64,000 nt of DNA from an uncultured Bacteroidota bacterium (GTDB taxonomy: Bacteria > Bacteroidota > Bacteroidia > Bacteroidales > VadinHA17): NCBI GenBank assembly GCA_963843415.1, contig CAWJKD010000004.1, positions 80,424 to 144,423 on the forward strand, given 5' to 3'. The position numbers and the translations under genes are program-made. Each line of letters opens with the position of its first letter. The stretch's first letter is position 1. This document shows positions 20,575 through 31,881 of this stretch, piece by piece. Below the pieces are notes generated by a model. It had not been told where the DNA came from. It was given only the letters and a program-made list of their open reading frames with translations, and ran no database searches.

Positions 20575-20975
20575 GTCATTACATTTTTAAAAATCAACTT
20601 AACCTGGTTCCCCTTCTTATTAAACTGAATATCATCTGCGAGTTTTGACATAAGAAATATTCCTCTGCCATTCAGTGCTTCAATATTTTCGGGTTTTGTT
20701 GGATCCGGAACCTCCGAAGGTTTAAATCCTTTTCCCTCATCAGTAACTGTAACTTCAAGATTCTTGCTATTCAGGATAATATCTACCTCTACAGATTTTT
20801 TTTCATCAGATTTGTTTCCGTGCACAATAGCATTATTAACTGCCTCAAGAGTTCCGATCAGTATCTTTCCATAGTTATCCTGGTTAATACCTGTTTTAAA
20901 CGTTATATTATCTATAGCGTTTTCAATTATTCTCAAGTTGCTGAGCTTGGATTCAATTTTTATCTTCCTGAGCAT
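20571..20975 (-). CDS. HATPase_c-type ATP-binding protein (RsbW/SpoIIAB-like anti-sigma regulatory kinase fold)
   Basis: 134 aa. N-box EAVNNAIVHGN and G-boxes DEGKGF and GRGIF. It has a 4-nt overlap with ybeY. Confidence 0.7.
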   Translation of the reverse strand: MLRKIKIESKLSNLRIIENAIDNITFKTGINQDNYGKILIGTLEAVNNAIVHGNKSDEKKSVEVDIILNSKNLEVTVTDEGKGFKPSEVPDPTKPENIEALNGRGIFLMSKLADDIQFNKKGNQVKLIFKNVMT

Positions 20976-21029
20976 TTTATTTAATGTAATCCTTTATACT
21001 TGTTTTTATTCAATTTGTTTCAAAACAGT

Positions 21030-22208
21030 TTAAATTTTTGTTATCCACATTTCCGGATCCAACGCATTCTTTTGTTCAAATATCATAAATTTCAGTGTAC
21101 AGCGATTCTCTTCACCCGGATCCTGAAATATATCTCCGATTATTTGCTTTGTGTCCACCTTGTCTCCTTTCTTAACCCTCACATTCACCAAATTACTGTA
21201 TACCGACAAATAAGTACCATGCTTAATAATTACTGTCATATTTGCCCCTCTTATAAGTGTTACAGCCGAAACTTCACCCTTAAACACACTTCTTGCCGTT
21301 GTTTTCATTTGACCTGTAATGTCGATTCCTTTATTTTCTTCCGTGACGTACTTCAGCACCGGGTGAGGATGTGTTCCAAAATGGCTTGTAATTACTCCCC
21401 GTTCAACGGGCCATGGTAATCTTCCTTTATTATCTGAAAAATTTTCGCCGATCAGTTTCTGCTCCGGTGTTAATTTTTGTCCTACTTCCTTCTTTCTTTC
21501 TTCTTCAATAACTCTTGCAATTTCCTGTTCAATTCTCTGCGCTATTTTCTTTTTATCCTCCAGCTCTTTTTGTAACTGTTTTTCTTTATTTCTCAGCGAT
21601 CTCAATATTCTTTGCTCTCTTGATTGCTCTCCTTTCAGAAGATCTTTCTGCTGCACTTCCTTTTGTCTTAGATCTGATATTTTCGACACATCAGATTCTA
21701 ATCTTTCCTTTGTTCCTTCTATTTGTTGTTTCAATTCGGCAATTATCTCTGATTCATATCTCCTGAATTTAGATACCTGCTGGAGGTATTTAATACGTTT
21801 ATACCCTTGATTGAAGTCTCTGGCAGACATGATATATACTATATCCGGATTAGATTTCTTGAGCTTGTATGAATTAATAATAGCATTTGAATAATCATTT
21901 CTCAATTTGATGAGATCTTTCTCCATCATATCTATTGCAAGTCTGTTTATATCAATCCGCTCATTCAACAAATTGATTTCCTGCCCCATACCTTTTAGTA
22001 CTGTCTCTCTCAAATTTAGCTTATTTCCTAACATCCTTAATGAAGATATGCTCTCGATCTTTTCTTTTTCAGTACTCTTTAATATATTATCTACATATGC
22101 AATTTCTTCCAGAGTCTTTATTCTTTGCTCTTCGAGTTCTTTCTTGCTCTGCCCCGATAAGAGGGTGTAAACAAATAATAATATGTTTAAAGATATAATA
22201 AACCTCAT
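21030..22208 (-). CDS. M23-family peptidase with N-terminal coiled coil (EnvC-like murein hydrolase activator)
   Basis: Signal peptide, a long coiled-coil region rich in E/K/Q, and a C-terminal LytM domain (GIDI...HGTYLSVYSNL). Confidence 0.85.
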   Translation of the reverse strand: MRFIISLNILLFVYTLLSGQSKKELEEQRIKTLEEIAYVDNILKSTEKEKIESISSLRMLGNKLNLRETVLKGMGQEINLLNERIDINRLAIDMMEKDLIKLRNDYSNAIINSYKLKKSNPDIVYIMSARDFNQGYKRIKYLQQVSKFRRYESEIIAELKQQIEGTKERLESDVSKISDLRQKEVQQKDLLKGEQSREQRILRSLRNKEKQLQKELEDKKKIAQRIEQEIARVIEEERKKEVGQKLTPEQKLIGENFSDNKGRLPWPVERGVITSHFGTHPHPVLKYVTEENKGIDITGQMKTTARSVFKGEVSAVTLIRGANMTVIIKHGTYLSVYSNLVNVRVKKGDKVDTKQIIGDIFQDPGEENRCTLKFMIFEQKNALDPEMWITKI

Positions 22209-22963
22209 TTTAAAAGCACTTTATCATACTTACTTCCCGGTATAAATTCTATATTTTCATTCTTAACAAACTCAATGCTCTTTATCGTAACATTAATCAT
22301 TGTCTTTTCTTCGATATCTTCTATTCTTATTTTCATCGGATATATAAGTCTGCCTGAATAATTAAAATCACTGTATGTAAAGTTTATTGCATTTCCGCCC
22401 ATCACATCTCCCAATTTATTGGATGTGATCTTATTCTTTTTGCAGTCAATTGTTCCTTCTACCGCTCTGTCTTTAAATGATGCCTGAAACTTTTCTTCTC
22501 CTCCTTCACATTTTTCTTTATTATTTTCATATTGAAGTCCGAAAATAAAATCTCCAAACACAAGCGGAAGGGCCTCTGCTGAAATGCCATACTTTTGTTC
22601 CAGAAATGTTGTTGATCCATAAAACAGGCGTTTGTTTATCCTGTCATTAACAAGAATCGTATCTTTTGTGATATAAACACGCGCAGCTTCAATTCCTGTT
22701 TTACCTCTTATGCTTAGCAAATATGTACCGGGGGTTTTGTATTTCAGATTTGCCAGCAGTTTTTGCTTTTGATCATTGTTATTAATCTCTATTTCAGCTT
22801 TTCTTATATTGAAATCTGTTCCTGTAATATTTCTTTCTCTTGTGCGATCAAACAGGCTAAGCTTATCAAGCTCTGACTCTTCATAAACAACAACATTCCT
22901 CCTTGAAACCGAACAGGCTGATGCAAGTATTGAAATAACCAATATTATCTTGAATTTTGACAT
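22205..22963 (-). CDS. DUF4292-like (LolB-fold) lipoprotein
   Basis: 252 aa with lipobox LASAC. It sits between a TPR protein and an M23 peptidase, which I recall as a conserved Bacteroidetes arrangement. Confidence 0.55.
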   Translation of the reverse strand: MSKFKIILVISILASACSVSRRNVVVYEESELDKLSLFDRTRERNITGTDFNIRKAEIEINNNDQKQKLLANLKYKTPGTYLLSIRGKTGIEAARVYITKDTILVNDRINKRLFYGSTTFLEQKYGISAEALPLVFGDFIFGLQYENNKEKCEGGEEKFQASFKDRAVEGTIDCKKNKITSNKLGDVMGGNAINFTYSDFNYSGRLIYPMKIRIEDIEEKTMINVTIKSIEFVKNENIEFIPGSKYDKVLLK

Positions 22964-24678
22964 TTCTCTATTTCCTCAATAAGATTTGATTTTGTACTAT
23001 CAAGCTTTAATGCTAAATTCCAGTTAATTACAGCGTTCGTGCAATCCCTTTGCTTTTTCATAATATACCCGAGATGTTCATACCATTCAGCATCCGGCTT
23101 TTCGCCGCTATTTATAATTGTCTGCATAATTTTTTCAGCTTCTCTTAACTTACCTCTTTTGTACAGTACCCATCCATAAGTATCTAAAAATGTCGTATTA
23201 TTCTTTTCCGTTTCTATAACCTCCCTGGCCATCTCTTCGGCTTCCTTTAACCGGAGATCCTGTTCTGCAAGATAATATGCATAATTATTCAGGATGGTCA
23301 GGTCCTGTTTGTCCTGTTTAAGTGCTTCATCGAACGTTTCAAATGCTTTTTCATAATTTTTTTGCCTGTAATAAATATCTGCCTTAATACTTAGGACCTG
23401 CATATTCATGTCTTTGTCATCCCCAGCTAAAATAGTAGCTTTTCTTAGCTCTTCCAATGCGATATCATAGTCCTTATTCTCTGTTGCTGCTGATGCGAAA
23501 AGTACTTTTGCGAGGAAGGATCTGTTAAATTTTGTGGCACATTCTTTAGCTCTTTCCTGAAGCTTTTTGAAATTTCCATCCTGAAGGTAGACTAAAAGCA
23601 GTTTTTCCCATGCAAAATAGTTATCGGGGTTTGCTGAAATGATCTCCTCGAGTCTTGACGCCGCTTCTTTCAATTTATTTTGTTTTATATATAATTCGGG
23701 TTTTAAAAGCATTATAATGTCATCATTACTATAATTAGCTTCAAGAACCATAACTGAAATCTCCAATGGATCGCTTTTCTCCTGAATCAGTTCAGGTATT
23801 TCGATTAATCTTGCTATTAGTGATATTTTATCCTCACGTGTAATTTTTGCATTCATCATCACAGTATTCATGAATACAAATAACTCATCGTATTTCTTTT
23901 CATTTATCAGAAAATCACAGAGTGAAAGTTGTGTTCCGGGATTATCCGGATTTCTTTCAATAAGTTTATTATATACATCCATAGCTTTCTGACTGTCACC
24001 AAGTCCGCGATAAATTTCTGCAAGTAATCCATTATACATTATTTCTTCAGGGTATTCTTCTAATAATAACTGAGTCAGAGTAAGGGCATCACTATACTTT
24101 TCAGCCATTATCATGTTTCTTATATTTGCCACAGTTGAAGCTTCATTTACCCCATATTTTGTATCAAATTTTTTAAATATCTGTTCTGCTTTATCATATT
24201 TTTTGTTCTCTGAATAAAGATTGCCCAGGGTTAGCAGAAGATCCTCCTTTTCAGGATAGATTTTCACTGCCTTTTCATAATAGAAGATAGCACTGTCAAT
24301 TTCAGTATCATTAAAATAACTTCCTGCCATTAGCATAATATACCAGATATTTTTTTGATCTAATGATAATGCTTTCCCTGCATAAATTCTTCCTTTATTC
24401 TGGTTCCCAACTGCTAAAGCAATCTGTGCCATCTGAAAATATGCTGCATCGCTTTCAGGATTTATTTTAATACAATTTTCCAGCAATTCCAACGCTTCTC
24501 CAGTGTTTCCCAGCAATTTTAACTTGACAGCCTCTACAAAATAATATTCAAATTTTGCTGAATCGTATGGCTTCATTTGTCCCTTATCAATAGCAGAAGG
24601 TGTTAACTTCCTGGCACAGGATATAATTGAAAGAATCAGGACCAGAACTATTATCGATATTATTCTCTGCTTTTTCAT
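22945..24678 (-). CDS. Tetratricopeptide-repeat lipoprotein, translated from its own ATG at 24678
   Basis: The internal Met begins a canonical lipoprotein signal, [21 protein letters not shown]. The remaining ~550 aa are TPR-like A/Y/L-rich helical repeats. The tracked 670-aa ORF is this gene plus an upstream dut fragment read in frame. Confidence 0.75.
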   Translation of the reverse strand: MKKQRIISIIVLVLILSIISCARKLTPSAIDKGQMKPYDSAKFEYYFVEAVKLKLLGNTGEALELLENCIKINPESDAAYFQMAQIALAVGNQNKGRIYAGKALSLDQKNIWYIMLMAGSYFNDTEIDSAIFYYEKAVKIYPEKEDLLLTLGNLYSENKKYDKAEQIFKKFDTKYGVNEASTVANIRNMIMAEKYSDALTLTQLLLEEYPEEIMYNGLLAEIYRGLGDSQKAMDVYNKLIERNPDNPGTQLSLCDFLINEKKYDELFVFMNTVMMNAKITREDKISLIARLIEIPELIQEKSDPLEISVMVLEANYSNDDIIMLLKPELYIKQNKLKEAASRLEEIISANPDNYFAWEKLLLVYLQDGNFKKLQERAKECATKFNRSFLAKVLFASAATENKDYDIALEELRKATILAGDDKDMNMQVLSIKADIYYRQKNYEKAFETFDEALKQDKQDLTILNNYAYYLAEQDLRLKEAEEMAREVIETEKNNTTFLDTYGWVLYKRGKLREAEKIMQTIINSGEKPDAEWYEHLGYIMKKQRDCTNAVINWNLALKLDSTKSNLIEEIEKCQNSR

Positions 24679-24957
24679 CAGTATAATGCAAACTTCTCCC
24701 CTGTAATCAGCATCTATTGTCCCCCGTGAATTTACAATTCCAATACCTTTCTTTATAGCAAGTCCGCTTCCTGGACTTATCTGTGCTTCATATCCGACAG
24801 GTATTTCGACGAAATGACCTGTTGGAATCAGCTCTCGTTGCTTTGGGTCGATAATGATGTTATTTTCAATATTTGCCTTCAGATCCATTCCTGCCGAAGC
24901 ATTAGTAGCATATGAAGGCAATGGGTGTTTTGATTTATTAACTACTTTGATTCTCAT
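24679..24957 (-). pseudogene. dut: Truncated dUTP diphosphatase. Only the first ~93 codons remain, and they run in frame into the TPR gene.
   Basis: [28 protein letters not shown]...[39 protein letters not shown] matches dUTPase motifs 1-3. The sequence then passes directly into the lipoprotein signal. The C-terminal ~50 aa (motifs 4-5) are absent, and the usual PRSG reads PGSG. Confidence 0.75.
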
Positions 24958-26429
24958 TTATTTCCTTTACTAAAAAAAATCGTTAGTGTTTTATCTTTAT
25001 ATTGTGCAAACAATAAAAAAATTGATATAAAAACAGTATTTAAGAGCAACTCCGCAAGCAGGTTCTTATAATCAAATATCCGGCTGAAAATGACCATTCC
25101 TGTTGCGATCAGGAAATATGGAATAAGCCCTTTCATATTATAGTTAATTTTAAAATGCTTTTCTGCAAAAATAAACGACATTATTATCATTGTTCCATAC
25201 GATGCAATATGTGCCCAGGCTGAAGCCATATATCCATAAACTGGTATCAGAAGTATATTTATCAATATTGTTATGACAGCTCCTATTAATGTAATATATA
25301 CTCCATATTTTGTGAGGTTATTCAGCTTATACCAGATACTGTGGTTCATATAGATACCATAAAGCAGGTAGCCCATGCTCACGATAGGCACAACTATAAT
25401 AGCGTCCCGGAATGATTTGTCAATAATTAATTGAAAGCCTGAAATATATAAGTTTATTCCCAGAAAAATAACCAGCATGCTTATCACGAAATACTTCATA
25501 ACAAAAGCATAGGTTTCTTTTGCCTTTTCGTGCTTGGCCCTTTCAAAAAAGAATGGTTCAGCTGCAAACCTGAACATCTGGATAAAGAGAGCCATCAGAA
25601 CTGCTATCTTATACCCGGCGCCGTATTCCCCTACGGTTGCAAGGCCAGCCTGATCACCAACCACTCTTCTTAATATTACTTTGTCAATAACATCATTGAT
25701 TGAACCGCTGAGACCTGCTATCAGAAGAGGAAATGAATATGAGATCATTTTTGTCCAGATGTGTCTGTCGAATACCGGTTTTGCCCTGATGATAAAAGGT
25801 ATCAGCATCAGTAAGGTGGAAGCACTTCCAATCAGGTTTGCCAGAAATACATATCCAACTCCATAACCCGGGTTATAAATTCTCCTGAACCAACCAGAAG
25901 ATGTTTCATAAATACCAGGCGCAATAAGAAGTAGGAATAATACTGCAATGATTGTAATAATAACATTGGCAATTTTTATAATGCTGAATATTACTGGTTT
26001 ATTCTCTTTCCTCAGCCAGGCAAAAGGTATAGCGCAAAATGCGTCAATTGCAATAATTGCAGTAAACATTCTGATATAATCATGATTATTGCTGTATTTC
26101 AGAATTGCAGAAACCGGTCCGATAAAAATATTAACCACTATAAGGAATAGGGATGAAGTCAGAAAAAGGCTTAAAAGTGTTGTACTGTATACCTTTTCAG
26201 CATCTTTCTTTTCCTGTGCAAACCTGAAAAATCCTGTTTCCATACCATAGGTCAGAACAATCAGTAACAGGACCATCCATGCATAGAGCTCGGTAACAAC
26301 TCCATATTCGCTTTTTTCAAATATCCTTGTGTACAGAAATGTCATAATACCATAGTTCAGGAATCTTGGAACTATAGTACCAAAACCATATACCATGGTT
26401 TGCCTCGCCAGTGTTCTGACTTCGTTCAA
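24954..26429 (-). CDS. Polysaccharide/oligosaccharide flippase (MOP superfamily, Wzx/MurJ-like)
   Basis: 491 aa with ~12-14 hydrophobic segments. It has a 4-nt overlap with the dut start. Confidence 0.7.
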   Translation of the reverse strand: MNEVRTLARQTMVYGFGTIVPRFLNYGIMTFLYTRIFEKSEYGVVTELYAWMVLLLIVLTYGMETGFFRFAQEKKDAEKVYSTTLLSLFLTSSLFLIVVNIFIGPVSAILKYSNNHDYIRMFTAIIAIDAFCAIPFAWLRKENKPVIFSIIKIANVIITIIAVLFLLLIAPGIYETSSGWFRRIYNPGYGVGYVFLANLIGSASTLLMLIPFIIRAKPVFDRHIWTKMISYSFPLLIAGLSGSINDVIDKVILRRVVGDQAGLATVGEYGAGYKIAVLMALFIQMFRFAAEPFFFERAKHEKAKETYAFVMKYFVISMLVIFLGINLYISGFQLIIDKSFRDAIIVVPIVSMGYLLYGIYMNHSIWYKLNNLTKYGVYITLIGAVITILINILLIPVYGYMASAWAHIASYGTMIIMSFIFAEKHFKINYNMKGLIPYFLIATGMVIFSRIFDYKNLLAELLLNTVFISIFLLFAQYKDKTLTIFFSKGNK

Positions 26430-26595
26430 ATCAAAAATTTAAAAGACAAAGATAATTTTAAGACTTTAATTACCTGTTTTCTGTAATTAATTCGTTAAAA
26501 ACAGTTTAATTTGAAAATCATTTTTCCTGATCGGGCAAAGTTAAATATCTTTGTTATCGCAATTACATGACATTATTAACCAAAGAAAAATATTC

Positions 26596-27456
26596 ATGAA
26601 CAAAAGATTAGTTAAGCTTTTATCATATTTATTTTTGTTTCTGCTGGTAAGCTGCAACACTCCGCAAGGCAATGAAAATACAATTGTCATGATGAAAACC
26701 ACCCTTGGTGATATAAAGATCCGACTTTACGATGATACTCCCGGTCACCGCGATAATTTTATCAAACTCATCAATAGCGGTTTTTATGAAGGCATCTCTT
26801 TTCACCGTGTCATTGATAATTTTATGATTCAGGCCGGGGATCCGCTGGCCCGAAGTGTACCCATTGCAAAATCTGCCGATTCGTTGAATACTTTTACGAT
26901 TCCTGCAGAATTCACCATTAACCACTTTCATAAAAAAGGCGCGCTTGCAGCAGCCCGGGAAGGGAATGATGTCAATCCTGAAATGCGATCTTCCGGTACT
27001 CATTTCTATATAGTAAAAGGGACAGTACTAACTGATGATGAATTAAATAAAACTGAACAAATCATCAACAGCAACATTAAACAAGGCATGTTTAACAGGT
27101 TGATAAGGCATGTTGCCGACAGCTCAGTCCGGTCCGGGAAACCTCTTTCCGATGCAGAAGTACAGGAAATCGTATCTGTTAAGATGTTTGAGTCTTTAAC
27201 TTCAGGGGAAGAATATAAAATCCCGGAAGATCAGCGAATTGTTTATAAAGAAACAGGAGGAGTTCCCCGGCTTGACAGGACATATACCGTCTTCGGTGAA
27301 GTTCTTGAAGGACTGGATGTCGTGGATAAAATTGCTGCTGTTGAAACAGACAATGCGGACAAACCCCTGAATGATATTAAAATACTTAAAATCAGTGGTT
27401 GTCCGGGAATAATTTATTATATGATTTTATACAAAATCTTATGCTTGATAAAATAG
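26596..27456 (+). CDS. Cyclophilin-type peptidyl-prolyl cis-trans isomerase, lipoprotein, with an internal insertion
   Basis: Lipobox LLVSC. Motifs FHRVIDNFMIQAGDP, then YTVFGEVLEGLDVVDKI after a ~90-aa insert. The likely start is MNKRL at 26596; the ORF track starts at 26551. Confidence 0.85.
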   Translation: MNKRLVKLLSYLFLFLLVSCNTPQGNENTIVMMKTTLGDIKIRLYDDTPGHRDNFIKLINSGFYEGISFHRVIDNFMIQAGDPLARSVPIAKSADSLNTFTIPAEFTINHFHKKGALAAAREGNDVNPEMRSSGTHFYIVKGTVLTDDELNKTEQIINSNIKQGMFNRLIRHVADSSVRSGKPLSDAEVQEIVSVKMFESLTSGEEYKIPEDQRIVYKETGGVPRLDRTYTVFGEVLEGLDVVDKIAAVETDNADKPLNDIKILKISGCPGIIYYMILYKILCLIK

Positions 27457-28481
27457 ATGCCCTGCTTACTGAAGTATCGGGATTATCGGTAACCAATCCG
27501 GACCAGCTTGAATCATTCCGCCTTAAATTTCTCAGCAAAAAAGGTCTTATTGCTGAACTCTTTGAAGATTTCAGAAATGTTCCTGCCGCTGAGAAGAAAG
27601 AGATAGGGCAGAAGCTTAATCTTCTAAAACAGAAAACTCTTGAGAGATACAATTTTCTTAAAGACACTCTTCAGGCGGGTGATGAAAAATCAAAGCTAAA
27701 TGATCTGACACGGCCTGCATTTCCGTGGGAGCTGGGCTCAAGACATCCTATTTCAATAGTAAGAAATGAGATAATCAATATTTTCGAGAGGATTGGTTTT
27801 ACTGTTTCCGAAGGTCCTGAAATAGAAGACGACGATCATGTTTTTACAAGGCTTAATTTTGCACCTGAACACCCGGCAAGGGATATGCAGGATACTTTCT
27901 ACATATCAAGGATCTCTGCTGAAGATTCAAGCCCTAATGATATTTTGCTTCGCACACATACTTCTTCTGTCCAGGTGAGAGTTATGCAGACTCAAAAACC
28001 ACCGATCAGAACCATATCTCCCGGCCGGGTTTTCCGTAATGAAGCTATATCTGCAAGAGCCCATTGTATTTTTCACCAGGTTGAAGGATTATATGTTGAT
28101 GAAAATGTATCTTTTGCAGATCTGAAGCAGACATTATTGTTTTTTGCCCGTGAAATGTATGGAAAGAATACTGAAATAAGACTTAGGCCTTCATATTTCC
28201 CATTTACTGAACCTTCCGGAGAAATGGATGTAAGCTGCACCATCTGCGGGGGAAAGGGTTGCAATGTGTGTAAATACACAGGCTGGCTGGAAGTACTGGG
28301 TTGTGGAATGGTTCATCCGGCTGTTCTTGAAGCATGTAATATTGACAGTAATAAATACACCGGCTTTGCTTTCGGTATGGGTATCGAAAGACCTGCTATG
28401 TTAAAATATCAGGTTAATGATCTCCGCCTCTATTTTGAAAACGACATTAGATTTCTTGGACAGTTTCAAACAGCTTTTTAG
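27441..28481 (+). CDS. pheS: Phenylalanine--tRNA ligase alpha subunit
   Basis: Class II motifs: FPWELGSRHP, RTHTSSVQVR, GRVFRNE, FHQVEG and GFAFGMGIERPAML. The likely start is MLDKIDALL at 27441. Confidence 0.95.
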   Translation: MLDKIDALLTEVSGLSVTNPDQLESFRLKFLSKKGLIAELFEDFRNVPAAEKKEIGQKLNLLKQKTLERYNFLKDTLQAGDEKSKLNDLTRPAFPWELGSRHPISIVRNEIINIFERIGFTVSEGPEIEDDDHVFTRLNFAPEHPARDMQDTFYISRISAEDSSPNDILLRTHTSSVQVRVMQTQKPPIRTISPGRVFRNEAISARAHCIFHQVEGLYVDENVSFADLKQTLLFFAREMYGKNTEIRLRPSYFPFTEPSGEMDVSCTICGGKGCNVCKYTGWLEVLGCGMVHPAVLEACNIDSNKYTGFAFGMGIERPAMLKYQVNDLRLYFENDIRFLGQFQTAF

Positions 28482-28540
28482 ATTTTTGAACATTTTCTCT
28501 GATAGTATTGTTAAACTTTGTTATTTAATAAATATTCAAA

Positions 28541-29251
28541 ATGAAACAACAGGGTGAGCTTATTCCATTTTGTGATAAATGTTCTCTTGAAATCGGTTCA
28601 ATCTTCAAGCATTTGACTCATGATGAGGTTGATATGCTGAACTTTGAGAAAGAATTCAGGCAATACAAGCGGGGAGAGATACTTTATAATGAAGGGAACC
28701 GTATAAGTGGTTTTTTCTGCATCCACAACGGGATAATCAAGATATTTAAAACAGGGCTCGACGGAAAGGAACAGATTATACGTTTTGCCAAACCGGGAGA
28801 TATAATTGCATACCGAAGTGTTCTGAGTAATGAAGTGGCCTGCACTTCTGCCAAGGTAATTGAAGATTGTAAAGTATGTTTTATCCCTGCTGAGGTCCTG
28901 ATTTCCTTTGTTAAATCCAATTCTTCTTTTGCACACGAATTGCTCAAACTTGCCTGTCATGAATTGGGAGAAGCAAATTCATATATTACCGATATTGCAC
29001 AGAAAACTGTCAGGGAGCGGCTTGCCGAGATTCTGCTGCTGCTGATGAACGATTTTGGTATTGACGATCAGAACTATCTTCAGATATCCCTTACGAGGGA
29101 AGAGCTGGCAAATATAGTTGGTACAGCAACTGAATCAGTAATACGGTTACTATCTGAATTCAAAACCGACAGTCTCGTAGAACTTAACGGGCGGAGAATC
29201 AAAATATTAAATTCTAAAGGTCTTGAAAAAATCAGCAATGTTTTCAGTTGA
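28541..29251 (+). CDS. Crp/Fnr-family transcriptional regulator
   Basis: cNMP-binding beta-barrel followed by a C-terminal HTH, LTREELANIVGTATESVIRLLSEF. Confidence 0.85.
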   Translation: MKQQGELIPFCDKCSLEIGSIFKHLTHDEVDMLNFEKEFRQYKRGEILYNEGNRISGFFCIHNGIIKIFKTGLDGKEQIIRFAKPGDIIAYRSVLSNEVACTSAKVIEDCKVCFIPAEVLISFVKSNSSFAHELLKLACHELGEANSYITDIAQKTVRERLAEILLLLMNDFGIDDQNYLQISLTREELANIVGTATESVIRLLSEFKTDSLVELNGRRIKILNSKGLEKISNVFS

Positions 29252-29283
29252 CTGAACTCTCAGAAAAAACAATCGGATCTAGT

Positions 29284-30309
29284 CTAGAAAAGAGTATTCT
29301 CTTTGTTCCTCCAGAATTCCTTTCCAAGGTGTCTGTAGGCATGTTCGGTAGCTTCTCTGCCTCTTGGTGTTCTTTTAAGGAAACCCTCCTTGATCAGGAA
29401 TGGCTCATATACTTCTTCAATTGTCCCGCTTTCCTCACCAACTGCTGTCGCGATTGTGCTTAATCCAACCGGACCCCCGTTAAATTTGTTTATTACAGCA
29501 GAAAGTATCCTGTTGTCCATTTCGTCGAGACCGTGCTGATCGATATTGAGAGCATCCAGCCCGTATTTTGTTATCTCAATATCAATTTTCCCCGAGCCTT
29601 TAACCTGAGCAAAATCTCGTATACGTCGAAGGATAGAATTTGCAATCCTTGGAGTTCCCCGGCTTCTTCTGGCTATTTCAACAGCCGCTTTTTCATCAAT
29701 TTTTATATCCAGAATACCTGCCGATCTGTTTACGATCCCCTTAAGAATATCATGATCGTAGTATTCAAGGTGAAATTTAATGCCAAATCTTGCCCTCAGT
29801 GGACTTGTAAGCAACCCCGATCTTGTTGTGGCGCCGATAAGTGTAAATTTGTTTAACATAAGTTGAACAGATCGTGCGCTTGGTCCCTTGTCTATCATAA
29901 TATCAATCCTGAAATCTTCCATTGCCGAATAAAGATATTCTTCCACCACAGGGCTAAGACGATGTATTTCGTCAATAAACAGAACATCTCCTTCTTCCAG
30001 ATTTGTAAGAAGCCCCGCAAGATCTCCTGGTTTGTCAAGAACCGGGCCTGATGTTACTCGCAGATTAACATCTAATTCATTGGAAATTATAGATGCAAGA
30101 GTTGTTTTACCAAGACCGGGAGGTCCATGGAGAAGGACGTGATCAAGAGACTCTTTTCTTTGTTTTGCCGCTGTTACAAAAACAATCAGATTATCGATTA
30201 CCTGCTTTTGCCCTTTAAAATCGCTGAAGCAGACAGGCCTCAGCTGCTTTTCAAATTCCCGGTCTGCTGTTGATATATTGTCTTTTCGGATATTGAAATT
30301 CTCTTCCAT
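29284..30309 (-). CDS. ruvB: Holliday junction branch migration helicase RuvB
   Basis: Walker [12 protein letters not shown], Walker [10 protein letters not shown], and [13 protein letters not shown]. Confidence 0.95.
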   Translation of the reverse strand: MEENFNIRKDNISTADREFEKQLRPVCFSDFKGQKQVIDNLIVFVTAAKQRKESLDHVLLHGPPGLGKTTLASIISNELDVNLRVTSGPVLDKPGDLAGLLTNLEEGDVLFIDEIHRLSPVVEEYLYSAMEDFRIDIMIDKGPSARSVQLMLNKFTLIGATTRSGLLTSPLRARFGIKFHLEYYDHDILKGIVNRSAGILDIKIDEKAAVEIARRSRGTPRIANSILRRIRDFAQVKGSGKIDIEITKYGLDALNIDQHGLDEMDNRILSAVINKFNGGPVGLSTIATAVGEESGTIEEVYEPFLIKEGFLKRTPRGREATEHAYRHLGKEFWRNKENTLF

Positions 30310-30321
30310 AAAGCAAAGTAA

Positions 30322-31875
30322 CTATTTTATCAGCTTTGTGTCGCTTTCAGGAAGACTTATTTTTACCCCGTTAATACTTACTTCAACATCATCTTTATAG
30401 GTTATTGTCAGAATGGTTGCTCCCTCTTCATCATATTTTTTCCATGTTTTTTGTCTCAGGCCATTCCTGTAATTCTGTTCCTCTTTCAATTTTCCATCTT
30501 CATAATAGAAAAGATGCTGACCGTCCGGATTGCCTTGTGAATAATTTCCTTTGAATTTTAATGTTCCGTTACTATAATAAGATTTCCACTGACCCTCTTT
30601 TAATCCTATAATGTAACGTCCTTCTTCTGTAGAATCTCCCGTTTTGAATTTCCAAAGCTCATTCCTTTCACCGTCTGAGTATTCTCCCTGTGCAATGATG
30701 TCTCCGTTGTCTGAAAACTCGGTGCAGGATCCATCCCTCTGACCGATAAAATATTCTTCTTCCCTGAGAATAGATCCGTTATCATGGTACCATTTCCATA
30801 ATCCATCGGGTCTGCCGTTGTTATAGTTGCCGGTTTGCTCAACCTTTCCGGTAATTGCATAAAACTTCCACAGTCCGGTACGTCTGTTATTCGCGTATGT
30901 TCCTTCTGCCTGTACCTTACCATCAGGGTAAAAGTCTTTCCACTTTCCATTATAATTTCCTGATTCATCAACAACACCTTCAGACATTAATAATCCATTG
31001 TCATTATACAGATAAGCATTTGTTACAGTTCCGTCGTTTCCATATTCCCTGTGAACTCCCACAGGTATTTTGTTACGGTACGGTCCCTTATATATAAGTT
31101 TATTTTCATTATTATACCTGTTAACAATTTCAATATCAGGTTCATCTTCTATCCTTGACTTTACAATTGACCCGTTTTCATAAAGCATTGTAAGAACGAG
31201 TCTTCCACGTGAATCCTTTTCCTTATAATATCCATGCAAAAGATCATCCTTAAATGTTTTTTCAGTTTTTACACTGCCTCCGGGGTAAAATTCTATCCAT
31301 TCTCCCTGTTTCAGATTATTATCATCTGTCCTGTTAATCTTCTGTCTGCTAACAAGAAAATCATTATTATACTCCATAAGGGTAATGACATTCCCGTTTT
31401 TGTCATATTCTTTTGAAAGGCCTTCCTTTTTATTTTCGTTATATGATATTGTCTGTTGAACTTTCCCGTCAGGGAAATAGATGTATGCTGTTCCTTCCTT
31501 CTTATTGCCGGCATAAAGTTCTTTTGACCAGATAAAAAGACCGGTAGAAGGATCTTTTCTATAATTATAGTAATAACCGTTCATTTTACCATACAAGTAA
31601 CTGATTTTCTTGGTAGTATCTGCAGCCTGATCAAAGAACAGCCATATACTGTCAAGCATAAAGTTTGTGTATTTACCCTCTGATCGCTTTACTCCTGTTA
31701 CATAATAGCTTTTCCAGTAACCGTCAGGTTTTCCATTCCTTATTATTCCTTCGCTTGAAACAGCCCCATTCGGGTATTTAAATACCTGATATCCGTCTTT
31801 AAGCAATTCATTATTCTGTGCAGTTAATTCCAGTACTGCCAAAAATAAAACCGAGATTAAAATAATTCTGTTCAT
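30322..31875 (-). CDS. Secreted MORN-variant / YwqK-type repeat protein
   Basis: 517 aa with a signal peptide. It has many tandem G-x-W-x-x-Y-Y-x-N-G / DG-x-x-x-E-G-x-Y repeats. Confidence 0.7.
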   Translation of the reverse strand: MNRIILISVLFLAVLELTAQNNELLKDGYQVFKYPNGAVSSEGIIRNGKPDGYWKSYYVTGVKRSEGKYTNFMLDSIWLFFDQAADTTKKISYLYGKMNGYYYNYRKDPSTGLFIWSKELYAGNKKEGTAYIYFPDGKVQQTISYNENKKEGLSKEYDKNGNVITLMEYNNDFLVSRQKINRTDDNNLKQGEWIEFYPGGSVKTEKTFKDDLLHGYYKEKDSRGRLVLTMLYENGSIVKSRIEDEPDIEIVNRYNNENKLIYKGPYRNKIPVGVHREYGNDGTVTNAYLYNDNGLLMSEGVVDESGNYNGKWKDFYPDGKVQAEGTYANNRRTGLWKFYAITGKVEQTGNYNNGRPDGLWKWYHDNGSILREEEYFIGQRDGSCTEFSDNGDIIAQGEYSDGERNELWKFKTGDSTEEGRYIIGLKEGQWKSYYSNGTLKFKGNYSQGNPDGQHLFYYEDGKLKEEQNYRNGLRQKTWKKYDEEGATILTITYKDDVEVSINGVKISLPESDTKLIK

Positions 31876-31881
31876 TCTTAA

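Noticed and set aside
21000-22170. Plus-strand ORFs (139, 83 and 87 aa) inside the M23 peptidase gene
   Set aside because: They are antisense to a well-supported coiled-coil/LytM gene, and their translations are Phe/Leu/Ser-rich with no motifs.
22945-24957. The 670-aa ORF read as a genuine bifunctional dUTPase-TPR protein
   Set aside because: The dUTPase part stops after motif 3, so it lacks the C-terminal third that is essential for activity. It is followed at once by a complete lipoprotein signal peptide, which only makes sense at an N-terminus. It is better explained as a truncated dut read through into an independent TPR lipoprotein gene.
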